Source: Candidatus Latescibacterota bacterium
Lineage (GTDB): Bacteria; Latescibacterota; UBA2968; UBA8231
Length of the DNA: 64,000 nucleotides
Reading direction: 5' to 3'
Assembly (NCBI GenBank): GCA_965204725.1
Contig: OZ242005.1
Coordinates: 736,001-800,000 of the forward strand
Both the position numbers and the translations under genes were made by a program. Position 1 is the stretch's first letter. Every line of letters starts with the position of its first letter. The notes below the pieces were generated by a model. The model ran no database searches. It was not told the DNA's origin and worked only from the letters and a program-made list of their open reading frames with translations. This document shows positions 9,428 to 16,884 of the stretch, in pieces.

Positions 9428-9609
9428 ACGAAGAAAGCATCGTCATGGCCTATATTGGCCCCGGAGCGGGCTTGGCGTCCATCGGGGCCTTGCTGACCCT
9501 AATAGGGGCTGGGCTGCTAATGGTATCGGGGTTTATCTGGTATCCAGCCAAGCGCATACTACAGAAGTGGAGGGAGAGGCGTGCCGCAAAAAAGAACGCC
9601 CCCCGATAA
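9424..9609 (+). CDS. 61-aa membrane peptide with AYIGPGAG motif, TM helix and basic tail
   Basis: ATGA overlap with copy 1 and AAGGAGG RBS; MNEESIVMAYIGPGAGLASIGALLTLIGAGLLMVSGFIWYPAKRILQKWRERRAAKKNAPR. Confidence 0.7.
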   Translation: MNEESIVMAYIGPGAGLASIGALLTLIGAGLLMVSGFIWYPAKRILQKWRERRAAKKNAPR

Positions 9610-9645
9610 GACCTATCTACGCTTCGTGCGATACATCGGAAAGAG

Positions 9646-11076
9646 ATGAATCGCCTACCCCAACTCCTGTTCGTGTTGGCCCTTGCGCTGGCGATCTTTG
9701 CCTACGGCTATCTGAGTCGCCACTACAAGCTATTCCCCTTCTCGGCCATCCACAACGGCGTAAAGACCTTGCGGACTCTGCACGAGCTACATACGAGAAA
9801 GGACAACGGCCGATTCGCGCACTTTGCCGCGGTGCCGCCGGGCAGCGCGGCCTCCCACCGCTTCGAGTTCGTGGCCAGCGATGCCCTCAGCGGCCCGGTT
9901 CTGTGGCACGGCGGACGCTACCAGTTCCTCGAGTATTGCCCCGACGGAGGATGCCTAGCGGTAGAGTTCACAGCCACCGGCCAAGTCGCCCACGCCTACC
10001 CGTTCCGCTTCGATGAACTCGAACAGGCGTCAAACGCTGCCAGCTTCGACGAATTCCCCTACGAGCTATCCCCCGCCTCCTCTTTCGCTAGGGATACTAG
10101 TATAGCGGGCATATCGCGATACATGAACGGCGACCTGCTAGTGGTTTTCCGAACCACTGCGTTCCCGTTTGGTGCGGGCGTTGCGCGGATCGACCGCGCC
10201 GGGCATCCCGTCTGGTTCCGGCGCGACTACAGCCACCACTGGCCGCATCTCGAAGAAGACGGCGTCGCGCTAGTGCCCGGCATGTTGGTCGGTAGCGAGT
10301 CCATATCCTTTGAGCGAGGACCAAAGACCATCACGATTAAGTGCCGCGAGGGCCGACCGTACCTCGACGCGATTAGCACTATCGACGAGGATGGACGGCT
10401 TCTAAGGCGCATCAACCTGATCGACGCCTTGCGCGATTCTCCATTCGCGCACATCATGCAATCCACCTCGGATACAAATTACCGTCTTGCCGCGCCGTGT
10501 GACCCCCTTCACCTCAACTTCGTCCACCGGCTTCGGGACGACGCCGGCGGGACGTGGGGCCTCGCGCCGGGCGACCTCGTGGCGTCCCTACGCAACCTAA
10601 GCGCATTCGCTATCCTCGATGGCGAATCCGGCCGCGTCAAGCGGCTGGTTCGGGGCAGCTTCTTCTATCAACACAGCGTCCAGCACTTAACGGGATCAAC
10701 CTTCCTGATGTTCGACAACTGGGGCGGCGATGGGGTTTACGGCCCCTCGCGGCTGCTGATGATCAACCTCGCCGACAGCCGGGAGACGACCGTCTTTCCC
10801 AACGATAAGACGCCCGAATCCCTGCGAAACCTGTTCTCCGACAAACAAGGCACCATCGACATCTCGCCCGACCGTCAACGGGCGATGGTCGTATTCTTCC
10901 AGCAGGGCGTGACCGTTGAGGTGCGCCTCGCCGACGGCGCGGTGCTGAATGTCTTTCGTTCTCTGCACGATGTGTCGAGCTTGGAGCAATTTCCCGAAGA
11001 GCGGCAGCAAAGATCCGCCGTATTCACGATGAGCGGACTTTACTACATCCACGATCAAGGAGGAGCGAGTAGGTGA
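9646..11076 (+). CDS. ASST-like protein, copy 2 of 6
   Basis: Colinear paralogue of copy 1 with the same catalytic motifs. Confidence 0.78.
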   Translation: MNRLPQLLFVLALALAIFAYGYLSRHYKLFPFSAIHNGVKTLRTLHELHTRKDNGRFAHFAAVPPGSAASHRFEFVASDALSGPVLWHGGRYQFLEYCPDGGCLAVEFTATGQVAHAYPFRFDELEQASNAASFDEFPYELSPASSFARDTSIAGISRYMNGDLLVVFRTTAFPFGAGVARIDRAGHPVWFRRDYSHHWPHLEEDGVALVPGMLVGSESISFERGPKTITIKCREGRPYLDAISTIDEDGRLLRRINLIDALRDSPFAHIMQSTSDTNYRLAAPCDPLHLNFVHRLRDDAGGTWGLAPGDLVASLRNLSAFAILDGESGRVKRLVRGSFFYQHSVQHLTGSTFLMFDNWGGDGVYGPSRLLMINLADSRETTVFPNDKTPESLRNLFSDKQGTIDISPDRQRAMVVFFQQGVTVEVRLADGAVLNVFRSLHDVSSLEQFPEERQQRSAVFTMSGLYYIHDQGGASR

Positions 11077-12557
11077 ATCGCCTACCCCAACTTCTGCTTG
11101 TGTTGGCTCTTATGCTGGCGGCCTTTGCCTACGGCGGCCTTGTCGTCCGCTATAAGCTATTCCCCTTCTCGGTCCTCGCCGACGGCCTAAAGACCTTGCG
11201 GACTATGTACGAGGTACATAAGGAAATTGACGCCGGCCAATTCGCGCACTTCGCCGCGGTGCCGCCGGACAGCGCGGCCTCTAACCGCTTCGAGTTCTTG
11301 GCCGGCGATGCCCTCAGCGGGCCGATTCTGTGGCACGGCGGACGCTACCAGTTCCTCGAGTATTGCCCCGACTGGGGATGCCTAGCGGTAGAATACACGG
11401 CCACTGGCCAAGTCGCCCACGCCTACCCGTTCCGCCCCGATGAACTCGAACAGGCGGCAACCGCTGCCCAATCCGACGAATTCTCCTACGAGCTATCCCC
11501 CGCCTTCTCTTTCGTCAGGGATGTTGTTGTGGCAGCCATATCGCGCTACGCGAATGGCGACCTGCTGGTGGTTTTTCGCCATAGCACTGCGTTCCCTTAT
11601 GGTGCGGGCGTTGCGCGGATCGACCGCACCGGGCATCCGGTCTGGTTCCGGCGCGACTACAGCCACCACTGGCCGCATCTCGAAGAAGACGGCATCGCGC
11701 TGGTGCCCGGCCTGTTGGTCGGCAGCGAGTCCATAGCCTTTGAGCGAGCACAAAAGACCATCACGATTAAGTGCCACGAGAGCCGACCGTACCTCGACGC
11801 GATTAGCACTATCGACGAGGATGGACGGCTTCTAAGGCGCATCAACCTGATCGACGCCTTGCGCGATTCTCCATTCGCGCCCATCATGCAATCTACCTCG
11901 GAACCCAAACGCCATCTTGACGAGCTGCGTGACCCCCTTGACCTCAACTTCGTTCGCAGGCTTCGGGACGACGCGCTGTGCGACCCTCTTCACCTCAACT
12001 TTGTCCACCGGCTTCGGGACGACGCCGGCGGGGCATGGGGCCTCGCGCCGGGCGACCTCGTGGCGTCCCTGCGCAATCTAAGCGCATTCGCTGTCCTCGA
12101 TGGCGAATCCGGCCGCGTCAAGCGGCTGGTTCGGGGGAGTTTCTTCTATCAACACAGCGTCTATCACCTAACGGGATCGACCTTCCTGATGTTCGACAAC
12201 TGGGGCGGCGATGGGGTTCACGGCCCCTCGCGGCTGCTGATGATCGACCTCGCCGACGGCCGGGAGACGACCGTCTTTCCCAACGATAAGACGCCCGCAC
12301 CCCTGCGAAACCTGTTCTCCGACAGAGAAGGCAATATCGACATCTCGCCCGACCGCCAACGGGCGATGGTCGCATTCACCAAGGAGGGCGTGGCTGTCGA
12401 GGTGCGCCTCGCCGACGGCGCGGTGCTGAATGTCTTTCATTCCCTGCACGGTGTGTCGAGCTTGGAGCAGTTCCCCGAGGAGCGAAAGCAAAGAGCGGCT
12501 GTATTCGAGATGAGAGGAATTTACTACATCCGCAATCAAGGAGGAGCGAGTAGGTGA
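11073..12557 (+). CDS. ASST-like protein, copy 3 of 6 (carries a 17-aa internal duplication)
   Basis: Same motifs; GTGA overlap with copy 2; 51-bp tandem duplication at 11919-12020. Confidence 0.78.
   Translation: MNRLPQLLLVLALMLAAFAYGGLVVRYKLFPFSVLADGLKTLRTMYEVHKEIDAGQFAHFAAVPPDSAASNRFEFLAGDALSGPILWHGGRYQFLEYCPDWGCLAVEYTATGQVAHAYPFRPDELEQAATAAQSDEFSYELSPAFSFVRDVVVAAISRYANGDLLVVFRHSTAFPYGAGVARIDRTGHPVWFRRDYSHHWPHLEEDGIALVPGLLVGSESIAFERAQKTITIKCHESRPYLDAISTIDEDGRLLRRINLIDALRDSPFAPIMQSTSEPKRHLDELRDPLDLNFVRRLRDDALCDPLHLNFVHRLRDDAGGAWGLAPGDLVASLRNLSAFAVLDGESGRVKRLVRGSFFYQHSVYHLTGSTFLMFDNWGGDGVHGPSRLLMIDLADGRETTVFPNDKTPAPLRNLFSDREGNIDISPDRQRAMVAFTKEGVAVEVRLADGAVLNVFHSLHGVSSLEQFPEERKQRAAVFEMRGIYYIRNQGGASR
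11919..12020 (+). repeat. Diverged 51-bp in-frame tandem duplication in ASST copy 3
   Basis: DELRDPLDLNFVRRLRD / DALCDPLHLNFVHRLRD at 11919-11969 and 11970-12020. Confidence 0.9.
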
Positions 12558-13990
12558 ATCGCCTACCCCAACTCCTGCTTGTGTTGGCTATCGCGCTGGC
12601 GTCGTTTGCCTACGGCGGCCTTGTCGTCCACTACAAGCTATTCCCCTTCCCGGTCCTCTCCGACAGCCTAAAGACCTTGCGGACTATGCACGAGCTACAT
12701 TTTACGAGAAAGGACGACGGCCGATTCTTACATTTCGCCGCGGTGCCGCCGGACAGCGCGGCTTCCCACCGCTTCCAATTCCTACAAGGCGATGCCCTCA
12801 GCGGCCCGGTTCTGTGGCACGGCGGACGCAACCAGTTCCTCGAGCATTGCCCCGACGGGGGATGCCTAGCGGTAGAATACACCGCCACCGGCCAAGTCGC
12901 CCATGCCTATCCGTTCCGCAACGATGAACTGGAGCAGGCGGCCGACGCTGCAAGCTCCGACGAATTCCCCTACGAGTTATCCCCCGTCGCCTCTTTCGCT
13001 AGGGATGCTAGTACGATGGGCATGTCGCGATACATGAACGGCGACCTGCTGGTGGTTTTTCAACAGTACGCTGCTTTCCCGTTTGGTGCGGGCGTTGCGC
13101 GGATCGACCGCGCCGGGCATCCGGTGTGGTTCCGGCGCGACTACAGCCACCACTGGCCGCATCTCGAAGAAGACGGCGTCGCGCTGGTGCCCGGCCTGTT
13201 GGTCGGCAGCGAGTCCATAGCCTTTGAGCGAGCACGAAAGACCATCACGATTAAGTGCCGCACGAGCCGACCGTACCTCGACGCGATCGGCATTATCGAC
13301 GGCAGTGGACGGCTTCTAAGGCGCGTCAACCTGATCGACGCCTTGCGCGATTCTCCATTCGTCCATCTCCTGCAATCCACCTCGGAACCCAAACGCCGTC
13401 TTGACGCGCTGTGTGACCCCCTTCACCTCAACTTCGTTCACCGGCTTCGAGCCGACGCCGGCGGAACGTGGGGCCTCGCGCCGGGCGATCTCGTGGCGTC
13501 CCTACGCAACCTCAGTGCCTTCGCTATCCTCGATGGCGAATCCGGCCGTGTCAAACGGATGGTTCGGGGGAGTTTCTTCTATCAACACAGCGTCCAGCAC
13601 CTGACGGGATCGACCTTCCTGATGTTCGACAACTGGGGCGGCGATGGGGTTCACGGCCCCTCGCGGCTGCTGATGATCGACCTCGCCGACGGCCGGGAGA
13701 CGACCGTCTTTCCCAACGACCAGACGCCCCAATCCCTGCGCAACCTGTTCTCCGAGGACCAAGGCACAATCGACATCTCGCCCGACCGCCAACGGGCGGT
13801 GGTCGCATTCACCGAGGCGGGCATGGCTGTCGAGGTGCGCCTTGCCGACGGCGCAGTGCTGAATGTCTTTCATTCCCTCCACGATGTGTCGAGCTTGGAG
13901 CAGTTCCCCGAACAACGAAAGCAAAGAGCAGCCGTATTCGAGATGAGAGGGCTTTACTACATCCGCAATCAAGGAGGAGCGAGTAGATGA
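12554..13990 (+). CDS. ASST-like protein, copy 4 of 6
   Basis: Same motifs; GTGA overlap with copy 3. Confidence 0.78.
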   Translation: MNRLPQLLLVLAIALASFAYGGLVVHYKLFPFPVLSDSLKTLRTMHELHFTRKDDGRFLHFAAVPPDSAASHRFQFLQGDALSGPVLWHGGRNQFLEHCPDGGCLAVEYTATGQVAHAYPFRNDELEQAADAASSDEFPYELSPVASFARDASTMGMSRYMNGDLLVVFQQYAAFPFGAGVARIDRAGHPVWFRRDYSHHWPHLEEDGVALVPGLLVGSESIAFERARKTITIKCRTSRPYLDAIGIIDGSGRLLRRVNLIDALRDSPFVHLLQSTSEPKRRLDALCDPLHLNFVHRLRADAGGTWGLAPGDLVASLRNLSAFAILDGESGRVKRMVRGSFFYQHSVQHLTGSTFLMFDNWGGDGVHGPSRLLMIDLADGRETTVFPNDQTPQSLRNLFSEDQGTIDISPDRQRAVVAFTEAGMAVEVRLADGAVLNVFHSLHDVSSLEQFPEQRKQRAAVFEMRGLYYIRNQGGASR

Positions 13991-15420
13991 ATCGCCTACC
14001 CCAACTCCTGCTTGTGTTGGCTGTCGCGCTGGCGTCCTTTGCCTACGGCCTCTTTGTCGTCCGCTACAAGCTATTCCCCTTCTCGGTCCTCTCCGACGGT
14101 CTAAAGACCTCGAACACTCTGTACGAGTCAAGTATGAAAAAGAATTACGGCCGATTCGTACACTTCGCCGCGGTGCCGCCGGACAGCGCGGCCTCCAACC
14201 GCTTCGAGTTCGCACAAGGCGATGCCCTTAGCGGGCCGGTTCTGTGGCACGGCGGACGCTACCAGTTCCTCGAGCATTGCCCTGACTGGGGATGCCTAGC
14301 AGTAGAGTTCACGGCCACCGGCCAAGTCGCCCACGCCTATCCGTACCGCCTCAATGAACTGGAGCAGGCGGCCGACGATGCCCTCTCCGACGAATTCCCC
14401 TACGAGCTACCCCCCACCTTCTCTTTCGCTAGGGATGCTAGTGCGATGGGTATGTCGCGATACATGAACGGCGACCTGCTGGTGATTTTTCGACATAGCA
14501 CTGCTTTCCCCTATGGTGCGGGCGTTGCGAGGATTGACCGCGATGGGCATCCGGTCTGGTTCCGGCGCGACTACAGCCACCACTGGCCGCATATCGACGA
14601 CGACGGCGTCGCGCTGGTGCCCGGCGAACAGGTTGGCAGCGAGTCTATATCTTTTGAGCGAGCGCGAAGGACCATCACGCTCAAATGCCGCACGAGCCGA
14701 CCGTATATCGAGGAGATCAGGACTATCGACGGGAATGGACGGCTCCTAAAGCGCCTCAACCTGCTCGACGTCCTGCGCGATTCTCCATTCGCGCACATCA
14801 TGCAATCTGCCTCGGCACCAGCATGGTATCTTGATGGGCCGTGTGATCCCCTTCACCTCAACTTCGTTCACCGGCTCCGCGACGACGCGGGCGGGACATG
14901 GGGCCTCGCGCCGGGCGACCTCGTGGCGTCCCTACGGAACCTAAGCGCATTCGCTATCCTCGATGGCGAATCCGGCCGCGTCAAGCGGCTGGTTAGGGGA
15001 AGTTTCCTCTATCAACATAGCGTCCAGCACCTGACGGGATCGACCTTCCTGATGTTCGACAATTACGGCGGCGATGGGGTTCACGGCCCCTCAAGGCTGC
15101 TCATGATCGACCTCGCCGACGGCCGGGAGACGACCGTCTTTCCCAACGATAAGACGCCCCAACCCCTGCGAAACCTGTTCTCCGACGACCAAGGCGATAT
15201 CGACATCTCGCCTGACCGCCAACGGGCGCTGGTCGCATTCACGAGGGAGGGCGTGGCCGTTGAGGTGCGCCTTGCCGACGGCGCGGTGCTGAATGTCTTC
15301 CATTCCCTCCACGATGTGTCGAGCTTGGAGCAGTTCCCCGAACAGCGGCAACAAAGAGCCGCCGTATTTAAGATGGGAGGGCTTTACTACATCCGCAATC
15401 AAGGAGGAACGAGTAGATGA
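13987..15420 (+). CDS. ASST-like protein, copy 5 of 6
   Basis: Same motifs; ATGA overlap with copy 4. Confidence 0.78.
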   Translation: MNRLPQLLLVLAVALASFAYGLFVVRYKLFPFSVLSDGLKTSNTLYESSMKKNYGRFVHFAAVPPDSAASNRFEFAQGDALSGPVLWHGGRYQFLEHCPDWGCLAVEFTATGQVAHAYPYRLNELEQAADDALSDEFPYELPPTFSFARDASAMGMSRYMNGDLLVIFRHSTAFPYGAGVARIDRDGHPVWFRRDYSHHWPHIDDDGVALVPGEQVGSESISFERARRTITLKCRTSRPYIEEIRTIDGNGRLLKRLNLLDVLRDSPFAHIMQSASAPAWYLDGPCDPLHLNFVHRLRDDAGGTWGLAPGDLVASLRNLSAFAILDGESGRVKRLVRGSFLYQHSVQHLTGSTFLMFDNYGGDGVHGPSRLLMIDLADGRETTVFPNDKTPQPLRNLFSDDQGDIDISPDRQRALVAFTREGVAVEVRLADGAVLNVFHSLHDVSSLEQFPEQRQQRAAVFKMGGLYYIRNQGGTSR

Positions 15421-16835
15421 GTCGCCTACCCCAACTCCTGCTCGTGTTGGCCCTTGCGCTGGCGGCCTTTGCCTACGGCTATCTTAGTCGCCACTACAAG
15501 CTATTCCCCTTCTCGGCCATCCACAACGGCGTAAAGACCTTGCGGACTCTACACAAGCTAAGTATGAGAAAGGACGACGGCCGATTCGCGCACTTCGCCG
15601 CGGTGCCGCCAGACAGCGCGGCCTCCAACCGCTTCGAGTTCGTACAAGGCGATGCCATCAACGACCCGATTCTGTGGCAAGGCGGACGCTATCAGTTCCT
15701 TGAGTATTGCCCCGACTGGGGGTGCCTAGCGGTAGAATACACCGCCACCGGCCAAGTCGCCCATGCCTACCCGTTCCGCAGCGATGAGCTGGAGCAGGCG
15801 GCAGACGCTGCCCGCTCCGACGAATTCCCCTACGAGCTATCCCCCGCCGCCTCTTTCGTCAGGGATGTTAATGTGGCAGCCATGTCGCGCTACGCAAACG
15901 GCGACCTGCTGGTGGTTTTTTACCAAGACCCTGCTTTCCCCTATGGTGCGGGCGTTGCGCGGATCGACCGCGCCGGGCATCCCGTCTGGTTCCGGCGCGA
16001 CTACAGCCACCACTGGCCGCATCTCGAAGAAGACGGCGTCGCGCTGGTGCCCGGCCTGTTGGTTGGCAGCGCGCCCATATCTTTTGAGCGAGCACGAAAG
16101 ACCATCACGATCAAGTGCCGCACAGGCCGACCGTATCTCGACGAGATCCGCACTATTGACGGGAGTGGACAGATCCTAAAGCGCCTCAACCTGATCGACG
16201 CCTTGCGCGACTCTCCATTCGCGCACATCATGCAATCTACCTCGGAACCAAATTACCGTCTTGACTCGCCGTGTGACCCTCTTCACCTCAACTTCGTTCA
16301 CCAGCTTCGAGACGACGCCGGCGGAACGTGGGGCCTCGCGCCGGGCGACCTCGTGGCGTCCCTACGCAACCTCAGTGCCTTCGCTATCCTCGATGGCGAA
16401 TCCGGCCGCGTCAAGCGGCTGGTACGCGGGAGTTTCTTGTATCAACACAGCGTCCAGCACCTGACGGGATCGACCTTCCTGATGTTTGACAACTGGGGCA
16501 GCGATGGGATTCACGGCCCCTCGCGGCTGCTGATGATCGACCTCGCCGACGGCCGGGAGACGACCGTCTTTCCCAACGACCAGACGCCCCAACCCCTGCG
16601 AAACCTATTCTCCCACGACCAAAGCACCATCGACATCTCGCCCGACCGCCAACGGGCGATGGTCGCATTCACCAAGGAGGGCGTGGCCGTAGAGGTGCGC
16701 CTCGCCGACGGCGCGGTGCTGAATGTCTTCCATTCCCTGCACGATGTGTCGAGCTTGGAGCAGTTCCCCGAGGAGCGAAAGCAAAGAGCGGCCGTATTCG
16801 AGATGAGAGGAATTTACTACATTCGCAGTAGATGA
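15417..16835 (+). CDS. ASST-like protein, copy 6 of 6
   Basis: Same motifs; ATGA overlap with copy 5; lacks the 'NQGGA' tail that carries the RBS in the other copies. Confidence 0.78.
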   Translation: MSRLPQLLLVLALALAAFAYGYLSRHYKLFPFSAIHNGVKTLRTLHKLSMRKDDGRFAHFAAVPPDSAASNRFEFVQGDAINDPILWQGGRYQFLEYCPDWGCLAVEYTATGQVAHAYPFRSDELEQAADAARSDEFPYELSPAASFVRDVNVAAMSRYANGDLLVVFYQDPAFPYGAGVARIDRAGHPVWFRRDYSHHWPHLEEDGVALVPGLLVGSAPISFERARKTITIKCRTGRPYLDEIRTIDGSGQILKRLNLIDALRDSPFAHIMQSTSEPNYRLDSPCDPLHLNFVHQLRDDAGGTWGLAPGDLVASLRNLSAFAILDGESGRVKRLVRGSFLYQHSVQHLTGSTFLMFDNWGSDGIHGPSRLLMIDLADGRETTVFPNDQTPQPLRNLFSHDQSTIDISPDRQRAMVAFTKEGVAVEVRLADGAVLNVFHSLHDVSSLEQFPEERKQRAAVFEMRGIYYIRSR

Positions 16836-16862
16836 CGAGCAACGCATCGTCATGGCATCCAT

Positions 16863-16874
16863 TCGCCTACTAAG
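16863..16874 (+). repeat. Right copy of 12-bp direct repeat (TCGCCTACTAAG), running into the RBS of the next gene
   Basis: Matches 7971-7982; overlaps AAGGAGG (16872-16878) upstream of ATG 16885. Confidence 0.55.
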
Positions 16875-16884
16875 GAGGCTTCCA

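Larger units (their letters stand above)
7982..16835 (+). repeat. Tandem gene array, six ~1.43-kb units
   Basis: Long near-identical nucleotide blocks (e.g. tggttccggcgcgactacagcca; tggggcctcgcgccgggcga) recur in every unit. Confidence 0.97.

Noticed and set aside
7982-16835. Diversity-generating retroelement as the cause of ASST hypervariability (some NNT codon patterns are compatible with AAT templates)
   Set aside because: No reverse transcriptase or template repeat in the window; variable spots span the whole gene rather than one ~100-bp VR, and they include indels and third-position changes.
7982-16835. Integron cassette array
   Set aside because: Genes overlap by 4 nt with no room for attC sites; no intI; the units are paralogues.
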